Shown here: piece after piece, positions 50,050 through 63,610 of the stretch | How positions within the stretch are numbered: the first letter of the stretch is position 1 | How the letters are laid out: each line of letters starts with the position of its first letter | DNA from: Leucoraja erinacea | Taxonomy: Eukaryota | NCBI RefSeq assembly: GCF_028641065.1 | Contig: NC_073409.1 | Location: forward strand, 4,340,001-4,404,000 | Length of the DNA: 64,000 nucleotides | Direction of reading: 5' to 3' | Position numbers and translations under genes: made by a program | Notes under the pieces: model-generated | The model's input: the letters and a program-made list of their open reading frames with translations, nothing else | The model's database searches: none | What the model was told of the DNA's origin: nothing

Positions 50050-50705
50050 GAAATATCACCTATTCTTTTTCTTACCCCTCAGCCCCCTGCAATCCACAGT
50101 GAAATGCCGTAATCTATCCAGTCGCGATGACATCCTTGTGAAACTTTCCTGCACACTTTTCAGCTCAATTACATCCTTCCCATAGCTAGGCAACCACAAC
50201 TGCACACAATACTCGAAGAGTGGTCTCACCAGCATCTTATACAGTTGTAACATGACATCCTCAATGTCTGATACTCAATGCCCTGATCGATGAAGTCAAG
50301 CAAGCCTTCACCTGTGACACAATTCTCAAGGAACTGTATACTCTGGATTTGAGAAGGATGAGAGTGGTTCTTTTTGAAACACATAAGATTATTAAGGGTT
50401 TGGACACGCAGGAACATGTTCCCAATGTTGGGGGAGTCCAGAACCAGGGACCACAGTTTAAGAATAAGGGGTAAGCCATTTAGAACGGAGACGAGGAAAC
50501 ACTTTTTCTCACAGAGAGTTGTGAGTCTTTGGAATTCTCTGCCTCAGAGAGAGCTTTCAAGAGAGAGATAGATAGGGCTCTTAAAGACAGCGAAGTCTAG
50601 GGATATGGGGAGAAGACAGGAACGGGGTACTGATTGGGGATGATCAGCCATGGCGGTGCTGGCTCGAAGGGCTGAATGGCCTACTCCTGCATCTACTGTC
50701 TATTG
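50050..50705. mobile_element. Back-to-back CR1 fragments (minus 50050-50330, plus 50335-50705)
   Basis: LYKMLVRPLFEYCVQLW on minus; SRTRDHSL..FFSQRVVSLWNSLP on plus. Confidence 0.8.
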
Positions 50706-51944
50706 TGTATCTTGTGCATGTGATGCCAATCCTGATTTACTTCCAGTTGAGTTTAAGTGTTTGCTGATTATATACAGGACCTTCATGTAGAAACAAGGAA
50801 TTGCAGATGCGGGTTTACAAAAAAAAGTGTTGGAGTAATTCAGCAGATCAGGCAGACATCCCTGGAGAACATGGGTAGGTGACATTTCGGAATCTGGAGA
50901 AGAGTCCCGACCCGAAACATCACCGATCCATGTTCTCCAGAGATGCTGCCTGACCAGAGGGGTTACTCTCCAGACATGCTGCCTGACCAGAGGGGTTACT
51001 CCATGGAGTAACGTCTTTTACTCGAACAGGATCAACACGTATTGTTTACTTCCTGCACTTCAGTTTCAACCCCTTTGACAAACTGTCGCTCATCATTCCA
51101 CATCCTGTTTTCACTTCCTTGTTTTTCTTTTGCATGTTCCCTGGATATCCTCCACATTCAGTGACAGCGTTTGAATTGGTGTATTTCCTGTGTTCGTCTT
51201 TGGCTGAGATATCCCCTTGTCCTCTCCTGTGCTTTACAGAAGCTCAGCATGTCGTTGTGTGCCACAAGGTGCTGGAAGGTTATAAGAGTAACTCACACAC
51301 TACGATCTGCACAAAACTAATTCCCCAGAAAAACTCTGGGCATTTCTGGCTGAGAAGAATCTCAAATCAAGAACAGCATGAGAGGATAACTATAACACCT
51401 ATTGAATAAATGGTGCCAGATGTGTCCAAGCAGTGTTAAGTACGAGTTATTCAAAGAAAAACAATGTAGAAGAGACAAAGGAGTATGTCCTTTAGCAGGA
51501 AACATTGCATCTGTGAATACTTCCTACTGGATCAGTAGAAAAGCTCAGCATTTATTCCCTTCACTAACTGCGTAGTCTGCTGGACTATTTTGTAAGATGA
51601 TTAAGAACCAACAACATTGCAGCCCTAAACCTGTAGCAAAAGTCAGATGGTGCAGTATTGATACACATAGGCTCAACGGCACAGTTAGTGATTCCATTCT
51701 AGATTCCCAATTTGCTTAATTAAATTAAATTCCTCAGTTGCCGCAGTGGAATTATACACAGACCTCCACATCAATAGTCCAGCCCTTTGGATGAGATCCA
51801 ATAATTTAAACTACCATGCTCTTCTGACCCTACAGTTCTGTGATGTGAATGTTATGACTGAGTCAGTTCGATAAATATATTGAATTTTGGCATGAAAAAA
51901 AAACTGGAAATTAAAATCAGACGTAACTGGCAGTGGAACTACAT

Positions 51945-52398
51945 CACAACTGTATCACAGTATGGTATGGCAACTGCTCTGTCTCCGACCGGAAGGCATT
52001 GCAGGGGGTGGTGAAAATTGCCCAACGCATCATCGATTCCTCGCTCTCCTCCATTGAGTCTGTCCAAAGCAAGCGCTGTCTGCGGAGGGCGCTCAGCATC
52101 GCCAAGGACTGCTCTCACCCCAACCATGGACTGTTTACCCTCCTACCATCCGGGAGGCGCTACAGGTCTCTCCGTTGCCGAACCAGCAGGTCCAGGAACA
52201 GCTTCTTCCCGACGGCTGTCACTCTACTCAACAACGTACCTCGGTGACTGCCAATCACCACCCCCCCCCGGACACTTATTATTATTTATTCAAATCATTT
52301 GCTATGTCGCTCTTCCAGGGAGGTGCTAAATGCATTTCGTTGTCTCTGTACTGTACACTGACAATGACAATTAAAATTAAAATTGAATCTGAATCTGA
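51945..52398 (+). mobile_element. Rex1/Babar-like LINE 3' fragment
   Basis: CITVWYGNCS..DRKALQ..SHPNHGLFTLLPSGRRYRS..NSFFP; tail (GAATCT)n. Older related pieces at about 29160-29450 and 37440-37870. Confidence 0.85.
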
Positions 52399-52799
52399 AC
52401 TAATATTGTTCATTTTACACTTTCCCCTAATGTCCAGATGGAAGTACGTAAGCCCCCACAGACCCTGAGATCAGTCTTAGAGGCCAACGTCAGAGCATCC
52501 TTCAAGAAGACGAGTCCACGACTTGCCCATGCCGATCCAGATGGTGCCATCTACACTAGCCCAATCTACCTGCTTTTTGCCCATATCCCTCTAAATCTAC
52601 CCTATTCATGTATAGGTCTAAATATTTCTTAAACGGTGCGATAGCACTTGTAATTTGATGGAGTCTATGGGCCTGAAATGATGCAAACAAGATTTGCACT
52701 GTACCTCACTTACGACAATAAACTCAATTTCATTACTCCGTTGCTACCAGGTATTCTGAACAGCCCATCCTCTGATATTAACTGCACACCTATCCCCTA

Positions 52800-53151
52800 C
52801 AAGAAGATAGACACAAAATGCTGGGGTAACTCAGGCAGCATCTCTGGAGAGAAGGAATGGGCGACGTTTCGGGTCAAGACCCTCTTCAGACTGAGAGTCG
52901 GGAGAGATGGAGACCAGAGATATGGACGGGGAAGGTGTTGAAACAACAGATCACAGCAGACAATGCTCAAGAATGGTTCATTGCTAGCTGAGGGGAAGGT
53001 GACAACGAGGCACACAATCAGAAAAATTAATCAGGAGGACAGTGAAACTAGTCAGCGAACTAGGTTGGGGGAGGGACAGAGAGAAAGGGAAAGCAAGAGC
53101 TACTTGAATTAGAGAAATCAATATTCATACAGCTGGGTCATAAGCTGCCCA
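52800..53151 (-). mobile_element. Penelope-like element 3' end (ORF end plus pLTR-like repeat)
   Basis: GSL*PSCMNIDFSN matches the ORF end at 1937-1980 and runs into the terminal repeat that carries the hammerhead core. Confidence 0.8.
52863..52889 (-). ncRNA. Minimal hammerhead ribozyme-like core (sense to MEF2A pre-mRNA)
   Basis: CUGAAGA-GGGUC-UU-GACCC-GAAAC-GUC: both conserved boxes, stem II, palindromic ACGU in place of stem III, GUC triplet. Stem I is only about 2 bp. Confidence 0.6.
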
Positions 53152-53601
53152 TCTCCTACAGTTCATTTAGCACAAAGTACTAACATAGCTTGAAAGAAAA
53201 AATGTCTACAAAGGCATCTGGCAAGAAGATCAACACTAATGAAGGCCCATTGTGATATAAAGAGAGGGAATTTCAATCCTCAGTGGCCATAGAAGTGTCA
53301 TAGCTTTTATTTTTCACAGGAAATCCTGCAGGCCAGACAATTTCAGGAAGTCCTTGTCCTTATCTTTGAATCAGAAATCAGAAATCCTGTAAACTATGGG
53401 AAATCCTATACATATGGAACAGTTGTTTAAAAACGGTCAGTACTGCCATAGAATACCCAGAGAAGAAATATTAATGAATCCCGCATTAATTGAATGCACA
53501 TGAGGTGAAGAACTCTTTTTCCTCCTTCATTATTTATTCCCAAAGAATGAGAAAAAGAAGCAGGGAAAATTTAGAATTATGCAAACTGAAAACAATTTGG
53601 T

Positions 53602-54220
53602 TGGCACGGTGGCGCAGCGGTAGGGTTACTGCCTTACAGCGCCAGAGACCCGGGTTCGATCCCGACTACGGGTGCTGTCTGTACCGAGTTTATACGTTCT
53701 CCCCGTGACCTGCATGGGTTTTATCCGAGATCTTCGGTTACCTCCCACACCCTAAAGACGTACAAGTTTGTAGGTTAATTGGTTTGGTATAAATGTAAAT
53801 TGTTCCTAATCTGTGTAAGATAGTGTGCGGGCAATAGACAATAGGTGCAGGCGGAGGCCATTCGGCCCTCCGACCCATGGCTGATCATCCACAATCAGTC
53901 CCGGGTTCCTGCCTTCTCCCCATATCCCTTGACTACGCTATCTTCAAGAGCTCTATCAAACTCTCTCTTGAAAGCATCCAGAGAATTGGCCTCCACCGCC
54001 TTCTGAGGCAGAGAATTTCACAGATTCACAACTCTCTGGGTGAAAAAGGTTTTCCTTATCTCTGTTCAAAATGGCCTACCTTATTCTTAAACTGTGGACC
54101 CTGGTTCTGGAATTGGGAACATGTTTCCTGCCTCTAGCGTGTCCAATCCCTTAATATCCAGGCATCGCTGGTTGGTGCAGACGGGCCTATTTCCGCGCTG
54201 TATCTCTAAACTAAACTAAA
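53602..54220 (+). mobile_element. tRNA-derived SINE interrupted by an antisense CR1 fragment (about 53833-54160)
   Basis: SINE breaks at ...gtgtgcgggc and resumes at atcgctggttgg. Confidence 0.8.
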
Positions 54221-55387
54221 ATTGATCTAAATTGACTTGTGTAAGACATACAGCGTTATAAATCCTGGCTTTGCAGCTAATGAGATTGAAGAAGGCAATA
54301 TCTAATAGGATTTTTTTTTAAATAATTGAAGAGGCCAAAATTAGATACATTTTTTCTCTCTCGTACCAACACGTTTTTTGACTAAACGTCTCATGTAAAA
54401 AGTTTAAAACTAGATTTTAGAATGTTCAATATTACAAAAAAAATACTAAACATTAAAAGTAAAACGCATTAATTAAATTAGTGGAAATTCAAATTAAAAA
54501 AATACAAGTTTCTCAAATTTAACTCACATTTGGGCTAATCGGCAAAAAAAAATGTTTACAACTAGATTTTAGAAAGTGACATTACAAAATAGATGACTAA
54601 CGTTTGGGCTATTATTATATTAAGCAGTCAGGCAACAATCAGCAAAGCTTATGGACAATGATACAACGTAGACACTTAGAAAGTAAGGGACAATATGTGT
54701 GGAGAGTGACAATATGGGGGGAGAGTGCAAAGAGATAAGTTTTTTTGGGCCTTCCACAGCTATGTGAGATGTTTATGAAAAATGCAAATTAATTGTGTTG
54801 GGGGTTTGTGTGTAAATATGGCAGCTGAAACGCTTATAGGACAATGATCCTCCAGGGGTCACTAACATGACAGTAAGGGACAATATGACTATTGTGTATT
54901 GGCTTTTTTTGTCCATAATAAAAAGCAAGCCAAGTGCCGTAACTGCTCAAAGATAAAACATCAAGGCACAACACCAGAAACATCGCCAATTCCTTCGCTC
55001 CATAGATGCTGCCTCACCCACTGAGTTACTCCAGCATTTTGTGTCTACCTTCGATTTTACCAGCATCTGCAGTTATTTCTTAAACTCTTAACCAATAGAA
55101 TGCTCCTTTTAAAGCAAATGTGATTTTAACATGGTAGAATGCATGGCAGAAATTAGTCATTCATCTCACCATCTGGAAATTCACTGGCTAGAGCACTCAA
55201 GGACAGACATCCTGAGGTTTTTGAATTTATCATGTTAAAACATTCTTCTTGGCTCAGGGCACCTGTTCTTTCTGAGTCACTGCCAGCTTTAATATTCCCC
55301 TTATATTGATAATTATTTTGAGCCAACATTTATCCTGCTTATTCTGAACCCATCTTTGATTCAGATATCATCTATCAATCAAGTATA

Positions 55388-56278
55388 GGGAGGTTTCACG
55401 GCAGTTGGGTCACGACCCATGACCCCTACTGTTGCGATGCTACGCCAACTGGAGTACACGCGATGAACTGCAGGTCAGCACTGACCATTGTTTCCAGCGT
55501 AGCGGGCCCGTTAAAACCCGCTGAAATGGTCAATGTTTGCGCTGTAAATAATTATGGAAATCGGGATAAGCGTGAGAGACATTTAACTACTTCAGAATTC
55601 CAAAAGTGAGGAGAAATGACGATAGATAGAAACGAGAGCTGAAGGGACAACAGCAGCCAGAGTGCTTGACGAACATTGGCCGTTTGCTCACTGCATTTCA
55701 TCAACAATAAAGCATCATTTGTGGGGGGGGTTTTATTCCTTTGGCATCTAAAAAGTTTCAGAAGTGATAAATCTGGCTGTAAATTTTTTAAATCGCCCAT
55801 GGTTCTCAAGTGGGTTTTTACATACAAAAAGAAAACGCACCTGAAGAAACATTTACAGCCAGATTTATCCCTTCTGAGGCTTTTTAGATACCAAAAGGAA
55901 TCAAGAAAAAACACAAATAATGCCTTACTTGATGAAATGCAGTGAGCAAACGCGATAATTTCCAATAGTTTCAATTCCGATATCTGCACGGCCAATGTTC
56001 GTCATGCACTTTAGCTGTTGTTGTCCCTTCAGTTCTCGCTTCTCTATACCTTCATTTCGCTTCACTTTTAGAATTCTAAAGTTGGGTACATGTCTCTCAC
56101 ACTTACCCCGGCTCCCACAAATTTTTTCAGCGAAAAAATTCAACATTTTGGCAGTTTTTAACAGGTAGGAAAGTACGCGTTTCTTGTATTAATAACATAT
56201 ACCGGAAGTGACGGATGTCCTCCAGATGGATTGAGCGGCTCCGTGCGTCAAGCCCTATGACCTTACGTGCAACCCCCT
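55388..56278. mobile_element. Unclassified non-autonomous DNA transposon with long internal inverted repeat
   Basis: 13-bp imperfect TIR GGGAGGTTTCACG / CGTGCAACCCCCT with TATA on both flanks; internal arms about 55563-55785 and 55850-56110. Confidence 0.7.
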
Positions 56279-56355
56279 TATAGATTGAAGATCGACACAA
56301 AAAACTGGAGTAACTCAGCGGGCACAAGCAGCATCTCTGGAGAGAAGGAATGGGT

Positions 56356-56383
56356 GACGTTTCGGGTCGAGACCCTTCTTCAG
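56356..56383 (-). ncRNA. Minimal hammerhead ribozyme-like core (sense to MEF2A pre-mRNA)
   Basis: CUGAAGA-A-GGGUC-UC-GACCC-GAAAC-GUC; stem I poor. Confidence 0.5.
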
Positions 56384-57449
56384 AGGATTGATATCTTAAC
56401 ATCAGGTTTAAATAACATCCACAGCTTTGTTTTACATCTTAATTGGTGTCAATTTTGATCAAGCAGCCATGATGACATTTTAACGATAATCCAACAACAC
56501 ACCAAAAAAACTATACAATTGAAAAAAAAATTGACAATAGCGATATTTCATTATTTCAGTCATTATTTCAGCCACATAAGAGGAGAAAATATGTAATTCC
56601 AAAATGATATATATGGTTTTTTTTAAATATATCGTTTGACTTGGCTAGTAGCAGCTAAGTAAATAAATCAAGTGGTGATCAGATAAAACACTCCACACAG
56701 AGCTCCAGCACAGAGCACTCAGGTATTGGGTCCAATTTACTTTCACCTTGTAGATCTAAATGGAATTGCTGTCATGTTTTCAATGGGATGGCATCACATC
56801 ATCAATTTCTTCTGGAGTCAAGAGAAGCTGCCTCAATTGAGATGCACAGATTTGTTTCTGAGCACAACTTGTAGTCAGCAATCATTATTCATTTTCTAAA
56901 CTCAGCAGTGAGGAGCCAGATTATAACATTATGGCTTCTTTTTTAGCTCATCAGATGGTGATGTTTTGGAATGATTTACAATTGCTGGATTCACGGCTCG
57001 TTTCCAGATCTTTATGAGCTTGTGTAACTTTAATAAAAATCCTTTATCACTTTCCTGCAAGCTTAAGCAAGTATTCAGAGTACCATTTTTCTTCTGGTGA
57101 AGCCTTTCCAATTCTCCACATAATAAATGGAAGCTCTGAGCACTATTTACCCTGAGCCTTCATGGACAAATAAATTGCTTTTGCTAACAAGCAAATGTGT
57201 TTGAAGAAACAAGGAACTGCAGACGAGGATTACAACTGGAGCACTTGGTGAAAACCCACAGGGAGAACGTGTAAACTGTACAGACAGCACCGTAGTTATG
57301 GTCGAAACCAAATCTCTGGCGCTGTGAGGCAGCAACACTGCCATTACGCCACTGTGTATCTGAACTCTTCCTTTCCATATATCTGCCAAAAGCCTTTTAA
57401 AAGTCCTAACTATATAGATTCCTCTGGCAGTTCGTACTCAATCTATCAT

Positions 57450-58060
57450 TAAGTAGAAACATTGGAAAAAAGGTTCAGGGATAGGCCATTCGGTCCTTCG
57501 AGCCAGCAGCACCATTCAATATCATCATAGATCATCTAAAATCAGAACCACGTTCCTGCTTTTCCCCCCCGTATATCCCATTATTCCTTTAGCCCTAAGA
57601 ATTAAATCTAACTCTCTCTTGAAAACATCCAGCGAATTAGCCTCCACTGCCTTCTGTGGCAAAGAATTTCATAGATTCACAACTTTCTGGGTGAAGTTTT
57701 TTCTTGTCTCAGTCCTAAATGGCCTACCCTTTATTCTTAAACTGTGACTGCTTGTTTTGATTCCCCCAACATCGGGACCATTTTTCCTGTATCTAGCCTG
57801 TCTAATTCCTTAAGAATGTTATATGTTTCTATAAGATCTCCTCTCATCCTTCTAAATTCCAGTGAATACAAGCCCAGTCAAACCATTATTTCATCATATG
57901 TCAGTCCCGCCATCGCGGCAATTAACCTTGTGAACCTAAGCTACACTCCCTCAATTACAATAATGTCCTTCCTCAAATTAGGAAATCAAAATTGCACACA
58001 ATACTCCAGGTGCGGTCTCACCAGGTACAACTGCAGTAGGACCTCCTTGCTCCTAAACTC
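57450..58060 (-). mobile_element. CR1-type LINE 3' fragment
   Basis: Homologous to 32790-33355. Confidence 0.85.
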
Positions 58061-60751
58061 ATAGTGTTTTTACAAGCTATATCTTTATCTACTTTCCCCA
58101 AGTACATTCCCTTTATGTGCCTCCTGGTTGAATAGGAATCCCTGATGTTAATCTAGCTGTAGTTTCTGCAAGATAGACACAAAGTGTTGGAGTAACTCAG
58201 CGGGAAAGGCAGCATCTCTGGAGAGACGGAATGGGTGCCGTTTCGGGTCGAGACCCTCCGGAGATGCTGCCCATTACTCCAGCATTTTGTGTCTATCTTC
58301 AGTTTAAACCAGCATCTGCAGTTCCCTCCTACACATACTGTACTTTCTGCAAGCAAGCTACTCCCTCATCTTCACCGTACCTCTTTATTTCTATATTTTC
58401 TCAACTAAATTCCACAGGCTTACTCTGTCCATGCACAAACTTTCAGCAATGAATCACTGGTTTGAACAATTGGACACAAACAATTTTGATCAACAGCACA
58501 GTAAAAGAGAACATTAAGAGGAGACTTAATCAAGAGATCATAACAATAACATGAGCGCTCACTATTTTCTCTGGATACCTGATGCAGAGAATAATGATTA
58601 TGTTTCTGCCTTGGTAGTTCAGAGTATGAGACTAATGAACTGGAAACAGAAGTTAAATCCTTCCACAGCAGCTGCTAAATTTAAATTCTATTAATTGAAA
58701 TAGATTGAAATGTTATAAGCGAGTAGTCAAAATCCATCTCGTTCACGGCATATCAAAATGAAAATAAACTAGGAGAAATGATATGCTGTCAACACTGTGA
58801 GAAGATTAACCACGCCGGGCGCAGTAGAGTCAAAATTGTAAGAATTTCATGTAAATATTTTGGTCACCTGGGCATAGGTACTCTCGGAGCAGAATGAGGC
58901 CATTCGGCCCATCAAGTCTACTAGGCCATTCAATCATGGCTGATCTATCTTCCCCTTCAACCCCATTTGCTGGATGCATCATCTCTGGAGAACATGGATA
59001 TGTGACGTTTCGGGTAGAAACCCTTCAGATCTTCTCAGAATCCCTCCAGCAGTTTGTTTTTTTTGCTAAGAGACAAAAGCATGTTCTTATCTGCCTGAGT
59101 CTGAAGAAGGGTTTTGGCCCGAAACGTTGCCTATTTCCTTCGCTCCATAGATGCTGCTGCACCCGCTGAGTTTCTCCAGCACTTTTGTCTACCTTGTTAT
59201 CTGCCATTTGCCTTCCCAAAGGTATTTCCAGAATCACAAATGACTCTATACTCTTAAATATTGTTATGGAATTGACCAACATAGTCAACGATTCAGCAGT
59301 TTTGACACAAGGTGCTTTCTATAGAAGCCATTTTTATGTTGTGCATTCATCCACTAGATGGCATTGATCCCAAAACAAAGTCCCTAAAACCCTTGTTGCG
59401 TCATCTAAACTAATCTTTCCAATCCTATCATCTTTACAGCATCACAGTGCTGTCAAAGAATAGTCTCTGAAATGTTACCGCTCAGTGACCCAGGGGCTAT
59501 CATAAATCTGAAGTCATGAACAGGTGATGGTTTTCTGGTGAAAATTGGGGCCTGTCAATAAAGGATCCTAATAAATGTCATTAGCTCGAAATGTTCCCTG
59601 TTTTATCTCACTCCCCAGATTGATTGATGAACTGAAAGAATGGGTAACAGTGACCCACTGAGTCCACGCTGATCATTGATCACCCCTTTACACTAGTTTT
59701 AACCCACTTTCACTTACTTGACACTGGGAGCAATTTTTGCAGAGGCCATTTAACCAACTAACTTGTATGTCCATGAGTTGTGGGAGGTCTCCATGGACAG
59801 GACAAGGGCTGTCCGGTAGGAGCCATAAGTTCAAGATTCGGAGGCTGACATCGGGGGGAGGGGAGAGTGCAGTGGAGAAATAAGTTTTTTTTGGCCTTCC
59901 ATCACAGCAATGTGATGGATGTTTGTGTAAAATGTAAATTATGTTGTGTCTTGAGTCTATGTGTTTGTAATGTATGGCTGCAGAAACGGCATTTCGTTTG
60001 GACCTCAAGGGGTCCAAATGACAATTAAATTGACTATTGGCTCTGCGTTAAATGGGACCAACAAAGATGGAGCATCATGATCGGCACAGACAAGTTGGAC
60101 CAAAGGGGCTGTTTCCCTGCTGTACGAATCTTTGAAACTGAAGAACCCATACGGTCACGGGGTGAACTCCAAACACAAATAGCACCCGAGGTCAGGATCG
60201 AACCTGGGTCCCTGGTGCCAGCAGCTCCACCAGCTGCACCACCGTGCCAGTGCCTGACCCGCTGACAATCTCTTTGTTGATTCAGTAGCTTCAATTTTTT
60301 TGCTTTTCAACGAACAATGAATCTGTTTGATGTCAAACCAGTAAAACATTGTAAAACCATGTGCATAATAAATAAAAACCAAAATGGAGACACTTACTAA
60401 AAGCAAGGTTGGCATGAGGTCCGAACCTTCAAAATCTAACTACCACAAGCAAATTTAATTTCCTGCTATGTTCCACAACACCAGCCACACAGAGGCAGAG
60501 CGGCAGAGCTGCTGCCCCACAGCGCCAGTGACCCAGGTTCAATCCTGACCTCGGCCTCTGTGAGTTTGCTCATTCTCCCTGTGACTGTCACCCACATTCC
60601 AAAGACGCAGGTTTAGATGTCAATTGACTTCTGTAAATTACTCCTCGTGCAAAACTGGGACAATGTAGAACTAGTGTGAGGGCGATTGATGGTCAGTATG
60701 GGATTGGGGGGCTGAAGGGCCTCTTTCCACGCTGTACTTGTAAAACTCAAA

Positions 60752-60988
60752 AGGGCCTGTCCCCCTTGGTGATTTTTTTGGCGACTGCCAGCATCATTGA
60801 CTGATGTATCAGGTCACTGAAAAATTTGCGGTGTGACACGGCGTGATAACGCATTGACGTGCGGTGTTTTTTCACGCGTCGCTACATTATTTTTGTCCCC
60901 GCTGGATTTTGAAATGTTCAAAATCTTTTGGCGACGCTGATATGACGCCGGCAGTCGCCGAAAAAAATCGGCAAGTGGGACAGGCCCT
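60752..60988. mobile_element. PIF/Harbinger-like MITE, type D
   Basis: TIR AGGGCCTGTCCC.CTT; imperfect arms of about 45 bp; TAA on right flank. Confidence 0.75.
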
Positions 60989-62219
60989 TAAACCAGTTCT
61001 TTTCTAGGTCTAGTCCTTGCCTTTGATGTCAACAAAATGTACCTCAAAAAGGCAGAAACACTTAACACTGAAGATCTTGTTCAAATTTGTTCTGAAAATA
61101 AATTCTGTCAGATCAGTAAAGGGAGTTTATACTCTGGTTTGTAAGGCCAGGTTTGCCAGTGAACTGGTTAAATTTACATTTATCATCAGCTAAATATTAG
61201 ATATTGATTACAGAAGAAGCCAGCTTTAACCCCTGTCATAAGCCACCAACTCCATCCCTCTCTATGGCAAGCATCAAAAGATGAACGAGGTTCTTTACAA
61301 CCCTGGTGTCACATCCGACTCAGAGTGAAATCTTGGATTTTGTATCCGTGCCAATGACCATGACTGTCTAATCCACGCCTAACACCACCCGACTACACCC
61401 CTGCCTCAGAAGTTGCAGCTGCTGTTGAAACCTTCATCCACCCGATTAGTTCCATTACAGAGACATGGATAGGAAACGTTTTGAGGGACATGGGCCAAAT
61501 GGGACAAGCTTAGATGGGAAAGGTTGGCTGGCAAGGAAATGTTGGTTGCCGAAGGGCCCATTTCCATGCTCCACACTCATAGTTTCCCACAAACCCCTGA
61601 TACACGTCCCTCACCCTGATCTCTGTACACAAGGTTATCCAGAACTCTGCTACATTTAATCTTGCTGCACGCCAAGTTCTATCCCTCCATCACCCTTCAG
61701 CTCGTTGACCAAAACTGGCAGTGAGTTTAGACTTCTTGTCACTATTTTTTTTAATCGCTCCACGGGTTTCTCCTTCCCCACCTTTGCAGTCTCCTCCGAC
61801 ACTTTTGGCACCCGAGATATCCGTGCTGTTCCAAATCTAGCCTGAAATCGCCCCAAATCTCTTATCATTAAACAGGCAGCTTCGACCAAGCTGTTGATTA
61901 TCCACTCAGCCATCTCCTAACATGGATCAGCGTCACGTTGATTTGCTGGATAATGCTCTAGTGAAGCAAGAAAACTCCAAATGTACCATGTTAACCATAG
62001 AGACGGAGAGTGTTGTAGACAATGTTACAGCCTGTATGCCCATTTAAATGCTAATGTGCAGATGAGAGAAACATTTACACATCCCTTTTCCTTGCTCATT
62101 AGAAGCTCCGTCTTTCTTTCCCCTTGGCTCCTCAAAGGTGGAGAGAGAAATTTGAGGGGTATAGTGTGCGAGATGTAATAGGCACGTATATATCAATTTA
62201 TTTTATTTTCAAAACCTAC

Positions 62220-62605
62220 AGGGGGAGGTTGAGCAGACTAGAACTCTATTCCCTGGAGGACAGGAGGATGAGGGGTGATCTTATAGAAGTGTACAAAACC
62301 ATGAGAGGAATAGATCGGGTAGACACACAGAGTCTCTTGCCCACAGTCAGAGAATCGAGAACCAGCGGACATAGGTTTAAGATGAGGAGGGAAAGATTTA
62401 ATAGGAACCTGATGAGTAACTTTTTCATGCAAAGGGTAGTAGGTGTATGGAACGAGCTGCCAGAGGAGGTATTTGAGGCAGGTACTATCACAAAGTTTAA
62501 GTAATATTTACAGGTACTTGGATAGGACAGATTTAGAGGGATATGGGCCAAATGCAAGCAGATGGGACTAGTGTTGATGGGACATGTTGGCCGGTGTGGG
62601 CCAAT
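62220..62605 (+). mobile_element. CR1-type LINE 3' fragment
   Basis: LYSLEDRRMRGDLIEVYK...FFMQRVVGVWNELP. Confidence 0.88.
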
Positions 62606-62917
62606 TGGGTTCCACAGTAAGGTTCTAAATGTTCCTAAAGCTATTTTCCCTTGATAAATATTTACTGAAAGAGTTAGAGGATATAGAGGAACAAGACCTG
62701 CAAACATCCACTGGGTACACGGCACGCAACATATTTTTTCTGCCAAAATGCAAATGCTTATGGAACCTGTATAAGGCTAATGTTCCAAATTTACAATAAT
62801 ATGATGAGAACATTTTAGGACACAATTAATCTTGGAACCTTTTATGAAATTCTAAATCATAGATTCAACACATCTTGGAACGGAGAAGAAACCATTCAAC
62901 CTCATATGCCCGTGCTA

Positions 62918-63610
62918 GGTTAGAGTTTAGAGAGATACCGCGCGGAAACAGGCCCTTCAGCCCACCGAGTCTGCACCGACAGCAATCCCCACACACTATT
63001 TTACGTACACATACTGGGGACAATTTTACTCTTATGGCCCTGTCCCACGGTACGAGTTCATTCAAGAACTCTCCCGAGTTTAAAAAAAAATCAAACTTGT
63101 GGTAAGCATGGAGAATGAACGTAGCGGGTACGTCGGAGCTCGGGGACGTCTCTTAGCGGCTCGTAACACTAACGGCAGGTACTCGGGAAACACGGTAAGC
63201 TCGGAAAGACTCGTGAAGATTTTTCAACACGTTGAAAAATGTCCACGAGAGCCCCGAGTACCGACGAGCGGCCATTACTGTAAATCTCCCAGTTCGAATC
63301 AGGGCAAACTCGGGAGAACTCTTTGAATGAACTCGTACAGTGGGACAGGGCTTTTATACCAAGCCAGTTAACCTTTAAACCTGTACGTCTTTGGAATGTG
63401 GAGCAAAGATCTCCGAGAAAACTCACGGAGTCACGGGGAGAATGTACAAACTTTGTACAAGCAGCACCTGTAGTCGGGATCGAACCTGGGTCTCCGAGGG
63501 GGAGAATGTACAAACTCTGTACATACAGCACCTGTAGTCAGGATTGAACCTGGGTCTCCGGCGCTGCAAGCGCTGTAAGTCAGCAACTCTACCGCTGCAC
63601 CACCGTGCCG
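62918..63610 (-). mobile_element. tRNA-derived SINE with MITE insertion and internal duplication
   Basis: Segment ggggagaatgtacaaact...gaacctgggtctccg occurs twice (about 63435-63560). Confidence 0.8.
63035..63353. mobile_element. PIF/Harbinger-like MITE, type A, nested in a SINE
   Basis: Same family; TTA on both flanks; SINE sequence resumes on each side. Confidence 0.85.
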
